The notes below the pieces were generated by a model. The model did not search any database. It saw only the letters and a list, made by a program, of their open reading frames with translations, and had not been told where the DNA came from. A stretch of DNA of 64,000 nucleotides from a virus, in the IMG/VR virus record IMGVR_UViG_3300032820_000003, positions 1 through 64,000 of that record. The stretch is one strand, 5' to 3'. Positions 1 to 9,700 of this stretch are shown here, piece after piece; positions within the stretch are counted from its first letter, which is position 1; each line of letters opens with the position of its first letter. The position numbers were made by a program, and so were the translations under genes.

Positions 1-3000
1 GTTTCAAATTTCTTAGAATTGTCATAATAGAGTTGTACTTCTGCTGAAGTATCAAATATAGCAGATGTATGACTAGAGTCTTGTATTTTTATATCTGCTG
101 TACCGCCCCCATCAATAATATTGGTAGTCCCATCGTGATAAATTTTGAAGTCTTGAGAATCCCCAAATTCTATTTTCCCATTATCTGCAAAACCAATATT
201 GCCTACGGTCATTTTGTTAGTAGAAGCGTTGTAAGTCCAATCACTATCTACTCGTATATTCTCATTACCTGAAGTAGCATCTACAAAAGTTGGATAATAA
301 GTTACGTTACCTGAACCATGTAATGTAACGGTAGTAGCTACATCCGCAGTACCAGTTAAATTACCTGTAAATGTAGCAGCCCTAACTGTACCACTAGCTG
401 TTGTATCTATTGAGTAAGCACCGGGACTTCCTGTACCAACTCCCAATCTATTATTAGTAGCATCCCAAAAGATGGCATTGTTATCAGAACTGAATCCACC
501 ACTACCATCAGCGAATTGGATATGTCCTGCTGTACCAGATGATTGGGATGTAGACGAAGCCATATCTAATCTAGAAATGGTGATAAATGTACTATCATCA
601 TTATTCCCAATTGCATTTAAAGCGGCCCCACTATTTTGATATAATTGAACCGTTAAATAATCAGCTACATCATCTACATAGAAAACCGTACTACCACCTG
701 AAACAGATGTCGTTTGAGCAGATGGAGATATAATTCTATCCCTAAGAATTACATTTGTCGTATTACTATTAGAAGTATCTGTATGGGTAACTCGCATTTC
801 TCTATAACCAGCTGAGTCAGCCTCCCATTCATGTTGTATATTTATTAAGAAATATCCCGTTTGCCCAAAAGTAAATCTATCTGTATTAGTACTACCATCA
901 TGGAACGCACCAACATCATAAGATTCCGTCCATGCAGTAACAGTTGTTCCCGCACCAGAATTAGTATTATTAGAAATTGATAGATTAGCACCTGTTGAAT
1001 ATGCCTTAACGCCTTTAAAAGCCCCACCACCAGCTAATGAACCAGCAGAAGTGATTTTAGTTTCGTTTCCTCCGTCATCTTTATAATAGAGTTCATTATC
1101 TGTTTTTGCATATAATGTTCCAAATCCTGAAGTAGCGTTTGGTGCTGACATTTCTTTTAGTGCTAATGCAGCATTTTTAATTTGAACATTGGCTGCGGCA
1201 GCGAAGTTATTACTGTTATTATATTGTAATTCAGTTCCTGAACCAACTGCCTGTCCACTAATCCCCAAACTTCCCGGTTTAGCCTTCTTTAAAACCTGAT
1301 CAGTCGCATCCCAAACTAACATAAAGTCATTAGATGCATCTACATTACCGCTAGTTAATTCAGTCCTACCGCTAATATTGTCTTCATGTAACATAGCAGC
1401 TTGAACAGCATTACTGGCAATCGTTAAAGCAGTAGCTACATCACTACCACCATTAACACTCCCACTACCTGTTACATCACCTGTAAATGAAAGTGTTCTA
1501 GCGGTTGTCCACGTTGCTGCTGAAGTAGCAGTTGAAGCGTTTCCTGTTAAGGCTCCTTCAAACGTTGTAGCAACTATCGTTCCAGCAGTTCCTGAAACAA
1601 CTTCACTATTAATAGTAGCATCGGGAACAAAAGTAAACTTACCCGTAGAATCATCGTAACCAAAAAATCCAATTTTCGCCGCCGAACCATTGTGCCACCT
1701 AAATGAAATTCCTCTATCTTTATTATCATCAGAACTTGGGGCTGATGTTCCCCCTAAATTAAATACTGGATCAGCTATAGTAACTGTAGTACTATTAACA
1801 GTTGTTGTTGTTCCACCAACAGTTAAATTACCGGGAATTGATACTGTAGTATTAGAAGCCCCCATTGTTAATGTGTTTGCTCCAACTGTATCAAATATTG
1901 TTTTGTTACCCGCTGTTAAATCCAAATCTGTTAATGCTGTTAAAGCCGTTATCGTTCCACCTAATGAGGTAGCCGTACCACCAATAGTAATAGCACTATT
2001 TGATAAAGAACTGTTCCCTATATTTGAGAGAGTATTACTTGAGCCACTAATTGTTTTATTTGTTAAAGTATCTGTTGTTGCTCTTCCAACAAGTGTATCT
2101 GTACCCGTTGGTAAAGTAATCGTCCCGCTATTAGAAATACTTGAAATAGCTGGAGTAGTTAAAGTTTTATTTGTAAATGTTTCGTTACCCGCTAATGTAG
2201 CGAGTGTACCAGTTGTAGGTAAAGTAACATTGGTTGTATTACTAGTTGTTAAAGTTATGGCATCATCACCAGAGGTTGTAAAAGCACCTGAAAGAGTTAA
2301 ATCTCCCCCAATAGTTAATGTTCTTGCAGCATTCTTAGGATCAATTGCTATGGCTCTATTAGCTGTTAAGGTTGTTGATCCAGCCGCTAATTGAACTTCG
2401 TAAGCTGTTGCAGCTTGTTTTATACCAAATGATGTAAGTAAATTAGCAGTACCACTATCTATATTTACATTTGTTAAAGCATAATTTCCAAAGTTCTGAG
2501 CCGCCCCCCAAGTTAAACCAGTTCCTATACTAGCCCCATTAATCGTAACAGCAGAGGCCCCTCCAAGAGTAGTTCCGTCAATGGCTCCACCATCTATATC
2601 AAAAGCGGAACCTTCAATTTCATTACTACCCGCAGTTAATTTACCGCCTAAAGTGAAAGCATTAATATTAGTAGCGACAATTGTTGGTACTTGCAATGAA
2701 TTAGCACTTGCATCATATGTAAAACCAGCTTCACCAGTAATTAAACCATTTGTTCCTGCGTATAAAACACGGGCTGCGGTTAATCCATCAGCGGTTAATG
2801 ATGCTGCTCTAAAACCATGCGCCCCAATATCTAAATCTCCTATTGCTGTTAAAGCAGTAACTCTATAAAGACTTACGGCATCATCAGAATTATCTCCAAT
2901 GGCAATCGCATTATTATCGCCATGAATAGCATCAACCGTTAAATTACCAATATTTAAAACTGATTTATCACCAAAATCAAGGTTAGTAGTTGCGGCAAAA

Positions 3001-3926
3001 TTAATTGCTCCAGTCGAACTAATTGTATCTCCATTAATTGTTATATTATCAACAGTAAGTTGTCCACCTGTGATTGTACCTGTTGTAGTGATATTCGATG
3101 CTCCAGTATCGATAGAACCGAAGCCACTCGTAATTGATCCGCTGTTTAAGGCCCCTGTGGAGGTCAGAGAGGAGTTTATAACGCTTGCCCCTAGTGTAGT
3201 ACTGGACAGCATAGAAACGTTGTTTATTTTAAAGATTTTGCCAGAAGCAAGATTCCAATGTTCACTTGATGTCCAATTGGTATTTGAACTATCCCAAATA
3301 ATAGTTTTATCTGTAGCACCTTTAAGGGTTATTCCACCACCGTTTGCTGTAGTATTTGTAGGAGTTCCAACAGAACCCATTGTAATATTTTTATCATCTA
3401 CATCCAATGTAGTTGAATTAACTGTTGTTGACGTTCCTTGAATATCAACATCACCAGTAATTACTACTTTACCAGACCCTTTCGGCTCAAGACGTAAATC
3501 AATATTTGTATCAGTTCCTAAAGCTTTTAATATTGGAGGATTATTTGCAGCACTATTTGTAATTTGTAAATAGTTAACTGCGCTACTGACGGGAGCCAAT
3601 ATAAGTTGTTCATTTCCATTAGCATCTAAAATTGTAGTTAGAACAGGGTTAACATAAGTTTTATTCGTTAGGGTTTGAGTTGCAGTCGTTATGACCATCT
3701 CACCGTCAGCAGACAATGCAGGAATTGTAGCCGTGTAATGTTGGCTAGCCCCAGATGTGTCTCCATGACCTAAGTAAATACCATATGTCTCACTAGCAGT
3801 TTTTAATAATAAATCTGCATTAAGAACAAGACTATCTATTTCAGCAAAATCAAAAAAACCGGGTCGGTCAAATAAATTACCGCCCGCTCCTGATGATAAG
3901 CCACCCATTCCTCTACGAATTGGCAT
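1..3926 (-). CDS. Long tail fibre / receptor-binding protein (>1300 aa; 3' end runs off the left edge)
   Basis: Absent from the ORF track because no stop codon falls inside the window. ATG at 3926 (MPIRRGMGGLSSGAGG...). The same frame at the edge reads ...DTSAEVQLYYDNSKKFE. G/S/T/A/N-rich with TLTNKT/TFTNKT repeats typical of phage fibres. I checked both ends and sampled the middle, not every codon. Confidence 0.85.
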   Translation of the reverse strand, partial: MPIRRGMGGLSSGAGGNLFDRPGFFDFAEIDSLVLNADLLLKTASETYGIYLGHGDTSGASQHYTATIPALSADGEMVITTATQTLTNKTYVNPVLTTILDANGNEQLILAPVSSAVNYLQITNSAANNPPILKALGTDTNIDLRLEPKGSGKVVITGDVDIQGTSTTVNSTTLDVDDKNITMGSVGTPTNTTANGGGITLKGATDKTIIWDSSNTNWTSSEHWNLASGKIFKINNVSMLSSTTLGASVINSSLTSTGALNSGSITSGFGSIDTGASNITTTGTITGGQLTVDNITINGDTISSTGAINFAATTNLDFGDKSVLNIGNLTVDAIHGDNNAIAIGDNSDDAVSLYRVTALTAIGDLDIGAHGFRAASLTADGLTAARVLYAGTNGLITGEAGFTYDASANSLQVPTIVATNINAFTLGGKLTAGSNEIEGSAFDIDGGAIDGTTLGGASAVTINGASIGTGLTWGAAQNFGNYALTNVNIDSGTANLLTSFGIKQAATAYEVQLAAGSTTLTANRAIAIDPKNAARTLTIGGDLTLSGAFTTSGDDAITLTTSNTTNVTLPTTGTLATLAGNETFTNKTLTTPAISSISNSGTITLPTGTDTLVGRATTDTLTNKTISGSSNTLSNIGNSSLSNSAITIGGTATSLGGTITALTALTDLDLTAGNKTIFDTVGANTLTMGASNTTVSIPGNLTVGGTTTTVNSTTVTIADPVFNLGGTSAPSSDDNKDRGISFRWHNGSAAKIGFFGYDDSTGKFTFVPDATINSEVVSGTAGTIVATTFEGALTGNASTATSAATWTTARTLSFTGDVTGSGSVNGGSDVATALTIASNAVQAAMLHEDNISGRTELTSGNVDASNDFMLVWDATDQVLKKAKPGSLGISGQAVGSGTELQYNNSNNFAAAANVQIKNAALALKEMSAPNATSGFGTLYAKTDNELYYKDDGGNETKITSAGSLAGGGAFKGVKAYSTGANLSISNNTNSGAGTTVTAWTESYDVGAFHDGSTNTDRFTFGQTGYFLINIQHEWEADSAGYREMRVTHTDTSNSNTTNVILRDRIISPSAQTTSVSGGSTVFYVDDVADYLTVQLYQNSGAALNAIGNNDDSTFITISRLDMASSTSQSSGTAGHIQFADGSGGFSSDNNAIFWDATNNRLGVGTGSPGAYSIDTTASGTVRAATFTGNLTGTADVATTVTLHGSGNVTYYPTFVDATSGNENIRVDSDWTYNASTNKMTVGNIGFADNGKIEFGDSQDFKIYHDGTTNIIDGGGTADIKIQDSSHTSAIFDTSAEVQLYYDNSKKFE

Positions 3927-3929
3927 TGT

Positions 3930-4259
3930 TTATCTCCCCCAAATTATACCACGAATACGAACATTTGTTCCACTAGCACGGAGAATACTAATCTTACTTC
4001 CAATATAAATGGAGTCGTCAAAATATCCTTCGTCTTGTGGGACGAACATAGATGTATTTACGGCATCACCATCGAACTCAATATATGCATCACCAAGTTC
4101 AACGATTAAAGAAACTTTATTTGCTTCTTCCATAGATGCAGCAATATCTACCGCCGTCTCTGCATTTGCAGATGACGTAGTATAAGTAAATGTTTTATGT
4201 TTGCTATAGTTTTGGAGCAGTTCAATTTCCTGTCTCCAAGGTCTATTCTTCGTTGTCAT
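3930..4259 (-). CDS. Small beta-rich virion protein, paralogue of the terminal parts of 36406..37341
   Basis: 109 aa; C-terminus KISILRASGTNVRIRGIIWG resembles KVSIVAASGTPVVHGVIWG of the capsid-adjacent protein. Confidence 0.6.
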   Translation of the reverse strand: MTTKNRPWRQEIELLQNYSKHKTFTYTTSSANAETAVDIAASMEEANKVSLIVELGDAYIEFDGDAVNTSMFVPQDEGYFDDSIYIGSKISILRASGTNVRIRGIIWGR

Positions 4260-5274
4260 CCTGTTTCTCCCTCGATTTAAATTTTAATAGTGTAGGTCGT
4301 CCATTACCTAGATAAAGTTTATTCATATTTATAGCCTCACCTAGACTTGGCATTTCAAAACCTTCGGCCCTTTGAATTGCCCCCATAGACATGTAATGAG
4401 GTTTACTAGCCTCTGCTTTTAATTTTGTATTAACAGTCATTAAATATTGCTGTTCAGAAATTAAATCTTCAATTGTTTGACCCATTTCTTTAACAACTTT
4501 TTTCGTATCTGCTAATTGTTTTCTATTCCCCTTTCCTCTTGTTTGTTCAGTAGAATTTTGATTTTCTAAGACACTTATCCATTCATGTAATCGTTGTTCC
4601 ACTTCTTGAAAGCCATCAACTTGATCTGCTAATAACCCTGCTTGAGTTTTCCAATAATGTACTTCATCTTTCGTATCATTATAAATCTGTTCTACCTTCA
4701 AATATTTAGTTCCAACGTCTTCAATAGAACCAGTTAATTGCGTTACTGTATCTTGTACAGAATTAAACTCTTTTGATAAACTATTGTAGTTCGTCTCTGC
4801 TTGTTCAGTTCGCTGACTAAGTTCTTCGTTACTACTTACCAGTTCCTTATTATTATGCAATAACCTATCTATCTCAGTCTGTTGTTTAATGCTACTTCTT
4901 TGTGCTGTAGCTAAAGTTTCATTAAACGAATTCACTTGACTCGTTAAACTTTTAATAGTTTGAACAGCCTGATCATATTCAATTTTTATATCCTCTAAAT
5001 CTTTTACAGTTTTTTCCTGTAATGCTAACCTCTCTCCAACTGTCTCTGCTTCTAATTTCACATCTCTAAGTGTTGATTCACCGTTATTTAAGGCCAATCT
5101 TAAACTTTCATTTTCGATCTCAATGCCTTCAAAAGTTTGAAGCTGTAATTCTAATTCATTTATTCTAGTTTCTAACTGTTCCTCTTTAACACTATTTGTT
5201 AATTCAAAGACTGGTTGGTTTCTAGAAACAACAGCTGGCTTACTAAAAAACTGATTAAGTTTCATACGTCTCAT
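4243..5274 (-). CDS. Long coiled-coil protein
   Basis: 343 aa, E/Q/L/K heptad pattern over most of the length; start may be ATG 5265. Confidence 0.7.
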   Translation of the reverse strand: MRRMKLNQFFSKPAVVSRNQPVFELTNSVKEEQLETRINELELQLQTFEGIEIENESLRLALNNGESTLRDVKLEAETVGERLALQEKTVKDLEDIKIEYDQAVQTIKSLTSQVNSFNETLATAQRSSIKQQTEIDRLLHNNKELVSSNEELSQRTEQAETNYNSLSKEFNSVQDTVTQLTGSIEDVGTKYLKVEQIYNDTKDEVHYWKTQAGLLADQVDGFQEVEQRLHEWISVLENQNSTEQTRGKGNRKQLADTKKVVKEMGQTIEDLISEQQYLMTVNTKLKAEASKPHYMSMGAIQRAEGFEMPSLGEAINMNKLYLGNGRPTLLKFKSREKQDDNEE

Positions 5275-5680
5275 ATACAGCTTCTGCTTCTAAGGCGTAA
5301 TAATCGCCACCAAAGGTTGCTTGATGCAATCCTTGTATCCATTCTTTCTTTGCTTCATATCTAGAGATAAATGTTTTCTTTCCTTCTTCATCTTCAATCA
5401 TTATATCTCCCATCATAAATCCTTCAATATCACTAGCGAATTGAGGGGCTAATGTATCTATACCTATTTCATCTTCTAACTCTGAATAGTATAAAGTCCC
5501 AGCGAAAACATCTTTTGCTAATGGTTCATTTCGTTCATATAATCTAACAAACCATTTACGAGGGTCTTTAAACTCTTCTTTTTCTTCTTCAACCACTTCT
5601 TCTTCTTTTTCCTCTACTTCCTCTTCAACCGCCTCCTCTTCCAAAGTGATAACTTTACCTTCAAATTGTTCTTTTGCCAT
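5255..5680 (-). CDS. Hypothetical acidic protein
   Basis: 141 aa, AGGAG RBS, Glu-rich N-terminus. Confidence 0.7.
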   Translation of the reverse strand: MAKEQFEGKVITLEEEAVEEEVEEKEEEVVEEEKEEFKDPRKWFVRLYERNEPLAKDVFAGTLYYSELEDEIGIDTLAPQFASDIEGFMMGDIMIEDEEGKKTFISRYEAKKEWIQGLHQATFGGDYYALEAEAVYETYET

Positions 5681-5696
5681 AATACTCTCCTATACT

Positions 5697-6698
5697 TTAT
5701 TTTGCTTTTGGCGGTGTATGATGCGGTCTAACTGATCCAGTATCAGCAGTACCTTTAAAGCGTCTGCCTGATTCTACCAATCGAGTTTTACCTCTACCAT
5801 GCCCTGCAATTGATCGTTCATGAACACCTGTACCTGTACCACGAATTCTCTTTTTACCTTGTGTTTCAGTTACACTATGTCCAACATTTTCAGGTTTTAC
5901 CCATCGATGTTTAACAGCATCCCACATTTCCCCAACTCTTGGAGGACTTGCAGCATGATCCTTTTGTATATTCACCCCGTTTTTAACAGGTGAACGTCTA
6001 ATATAAGTATCTGAATCATCATAAAAAGTTTTTAGTTGAGCCATTGAAGTATTAGAATCTTCAGACTTCCTACGCATTTTATTTCGCATGGCTCGTTCTA
6101 CTGCTCTTCGTTCCGCAGCAGATAAAGTTCGTTCCCATTCCCTAGCTTGCTGATCTGACATTTGTCCTCTAGGATTACCACCACCAGCACGTACAATATC
6201 ATCACTTAATACCCAACCAGCGGCTGCTGACATTAGGTTTGCTAATGAAGTACTAAGTTTCTGTATCGGTGTTGCTTCTTTAAGCATTTTTTCAGTTTTA
6301 GGTTTTGGAGGGGCTGATGCTCCTTCATAATAAGAATCTTTAGACCCTTTAGAACCCGGCCCATGTTTCTTATCTATCTGTTCCGCATACCAATTTCGAT
6401 ATTGTTTACCTCGACTACCTTCTGAAAAATCTGTAATACCATGTAATTTAGTTACTAACCATGAGGCAAGGGCAAAAGTATCTCTACGAGCATATGTAGC
6501 TTTTTCAACATTCATATCCTCTTTATATTCATTCTTTCGTTCAATCATTTCCATAATCTCTTTAGCCCGTTCATGGGCATCGCTTTCAGAATGACCTTCA
6601 TCAGAAGCTTCTTTCAAAGCATTATCAAAATCATCTGCTTTCGCAATTGATTCCTTTAAGAGTCTATTGTAATAATTTTGTAGCTTAGAGAAACTCAT
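5697..6698 (-). CDS. Putative internal head protein
   Basis: 333 aa, GGAGG RBS, late-type promoter upstream; repeated hydrophobic-x-K motifs (IAKA, VEKA, IQKL, IQKD). Confidence 0.6.
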   Translation of the reverse strand: MSFSKLQNYYNRLLKESIAKADDFDNALKEASDEGHSESDAHERAKEIMEMIERKNEYKEDMNVEKATYARRDTFALASWLVTKLHGITDFSEGSRGKQYRNWYAEQIDKKHGPGSKGSKDSYYEGASAPPKPKTEKMLKEATPIQKLSTSLANLMSAAAGWVLSDDIVRAGGGNPRGQMSDQQAREWERTLSAAERRAVERAMRNKMRRKSEDSNTSMAQLKTFYDDSDTYIRRSPVKNGVNIQKDHAASPPRVGEMWDAVKHRWVKPENVGHSVTETQGKKRIRGTGTGVHERSIAGHGRGKTRLVESGRRFKGTADTGSVRPHHTPPKAK

Positions 6699-6717
6699 AA
6701 TTCCCTCCTCCTTAATA

Positions 6718-6727
6718 TATTATACTA
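6718..6727 (-). promoter_or_regulatory. Putative late promoter TAGTATAATA
   Basis: The same 10-mer precedes several structural genes and lacks a TTGACA -35. Confidence 0.6.
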
Positions 6728-6743
6728 TCGTCAACTGTTTAAT

Positions 6744-9700
6744 TTAGAAACTACTACTATCGCTTCCACCCCTAATTCGTTTTGCCGCCTCTTCTTGTAA
6801 TTGAGAAATCTTACTATGTGTAGCAGCCTTCTCTGCCGCATTTTCTGCATGAATCTCTCGTTTACGCTGTCTACCTTTTTCTCCAAATCCTTTAAATGGA
6901 CTATATCGAAGTAATTCACGTTTAGCACTCGGTTTTACATCGGGGTCATTTGCACGTTCCCCTCTACTAGCTGCTTTATATCCTGATCCCGTAATATGTC
7001 GTTCTCTACCTTGACGAATTGCTCGTAATGCTTCACCAGCAGATGGTAGCTTTCCAAGAATTTTTTGATCAATACCACCTGATGTGGCAGAATCACCCGC
7101 TGCTTTACTACCCATTCGTTTTAACCAGTCTCTGGCTCCTTTATATTTAGGAATCTTTTGTCCTGAATCTGTTGTAATATTTTCAGGATGACTACCAAAT
7201 TTATCTAAATGTATCCCTTGATCTTTTAGATATTTTGTTGCAACTAGATCATGTGATCCGTCCTCAGATTTTGTTACCGCTCCATCATTTTGAGCCTGTT
7301 GGAAGGCTGAATGTAAGGCAGCAGACATAACGCCTTCAGAGCCTAACCCGTCACCATGATCTGCTTGGAAGCTATCAGCATCTTGTACATTAAACATGTT
7401 TCCGCCATGTCCTGCGGTCATTCCACCGTGTTCATCTCCGGGGAAGAAAGCCACATTACCATTAGCAGCTGCATTTGCTCCAGCATCAAAGTTTTCCTTC
7501 TTAACCCAATTTCTCCCTTTACCACAACGCCATACCATTGGATTACCATCTGCATCAGTTGGAGGTACTTCACCTTCAGGTGGCCCACATTTTCCATGTT
7601 CCTCTTTCATGGAAGCTGGACTTTTACCTAACTCATCATGATGGAGATGTTCAGGTGGAACTTTTGCTTTTTCAGCAGCATCATGTGCTTTATTATGCTC
7701 ATCATTTAATCTACGTCCTTCATTATCATGCTCTATTATTTTACCATTATATTTTTCACGAATTTCGTTTTTACCTTTTTCATAATCCTCTATAATTTTA
7801 TTTTTCTGGTTCTCAGTATTATCAAAAATAGTTTGTGCTTTCTCTTTACTACTAGCTTTCCAATCCCCCTTTTCTTGTGCATGATTAGCTTCTTCCTGAT
7901 TATGTGCTTCAAAATTCTCTTTATGGAATTGTTCCATACGTTCCATCTGTTCAGCATGATCAACTTCTTTATCTCTTCTTCTGGCTGCATGGTCATTTAT
8001 TACTTGTTGTCTATGCCATTTAGAAGCAGGGAATTCGACTCCCGCATCTATATCAGCTAACGCACTTTGTAAATCAGAATCTAATTCATCTAACTCAGAT
8101 TGATGTTTCTCTTTCTGAGCATCTATACTGCTGCGGGAGTCGGACAGACGATCTACATAAGGTTTAATTCTTTCTTTATGGTCTTTATCCATTGCCAACC
8201 CTTCAGCCAATAATTTACCTTGTAAATCTCGATGTGCCTTCTGAGAAGCATTTGTTAAACGTTTTGCTTTATTAGCAGAGTTTGTTTCATGCTCTTGCAA
8301 TTCCTTTGTTTGATCATGGGCATGTTGATCGTAATCATATTCCCCATGAGACTTGAAATCAGTTTTTGCTCTATGTAATTTTTCATACGCCTCTCTTTGT
8401 TCAGGTGTATGATCTAAATGAAGTGGAGCATGTGAATGGGTTCCAGCTTTATTCCAATCCTCGCCGTGTTCTGGATGGTCACCGTGAGTATGATCCTCAG
8501 TAATTAACTTACCTTTTTCATCATAACTAGTTTTATGAGAAGATTTCATTTTTCCATCTTTGTCATGAACACTATGTCGATTTGGGTGGAAGCCGGGATC
8601 ATTATGGGCAGCATCTAAATGCTCTCTAATTTTACCCATTGTAGCTTCATGAGCAGCAGTTGCTTTTTCATGTTCTTCTGCGGCTCTAGCAGCTTCTTCT
8701 TGTCTATAAGCATGATGTTCATCACTACCAATTTCAATGCCTCGTTTTTGAACTGCATCTAAATGATGTAGAACTGAATCTCCATCAGCCCCATTTCGTT
8801 CTAATTGTTTAAGGGCTTTTTCAATACCTTCTTTATGTTCAGCATCCAAATGATGTTTATTTTGAATTGACAGGCTAACTAAATCGATATAATGTTCAGT
8901 AGCTTCGTCAGAAGTCATATTCTCTATTTCATTTATATTATCTACCGCAGCATTAACTTTTGATTGTCCAATATTTCTAGTAGCTTGCTTTTCACGAGCA
9001 GCTACTTGAGAACGTTCATTGTTTCGTTGACTATCTCTAGTGTTCCTTTGAGATTTTATGGCAGCCTTTAATTCAGATGTATCATCAAATTCATGATCAT
9101 CCATTACGTCTTCTAATTGTGCTTGTGTAAAATCTTTCCCATGTTTAAGTGTTGCTAATCGTTTAAACATTTTTTCTTTAATAGCTGAGTCATCTCGTCC
9201 GTCTGAACTACCTTTGTTTTTTCGTTGATTATCATAATGTGCTTTTAAATGATCACGAATTTCATCATCGTTTAAAAAGTCAGCTTCGTCTTGAGACATA
9301 TAACCATTATCAATTAATGTTTTACGCCATGCATCAGCAGGATTCGGAGGTGGTGGTGGGGTGTCTGGGGTTCCTCTTTGAGGCAACGCTCCCGGAGTAG
9401 GAGTTCTTTGTCCTTCAGGCATTCCTTCCGAAGTAGGCACTTCTGAAGATTCTTCATTTACAGGTGGAGCCTCTTCTGAAGTTTTTTCCCCACTCTCCGT
9501 TCTTCTTCCAGCAGGAACTAAAGAGGTTCCAGAACCTTGGTCATCACCTTCTTGTGTTCGATCTTCAGGTGTTACGATCTCTTGACCCAAACGGCCTTGT
9601 TGTTCACCTCGTTGTCGTGTAGCCGATGCACCGGGTTCGCCCTGAACACCTTCTCCTCGTGCAGCTTCTTGACCCGGAGTACGTTCTCCAAAATCTCCTT

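Noticed and set aside
69-3441. Plus-strand ORFs (69, 1690, 2581, 3070) and minus-strand 845..1030
   Set aside because: Shadows of the long minus-strand tail fibre; V/P/L-rich antisense translations without RBS.
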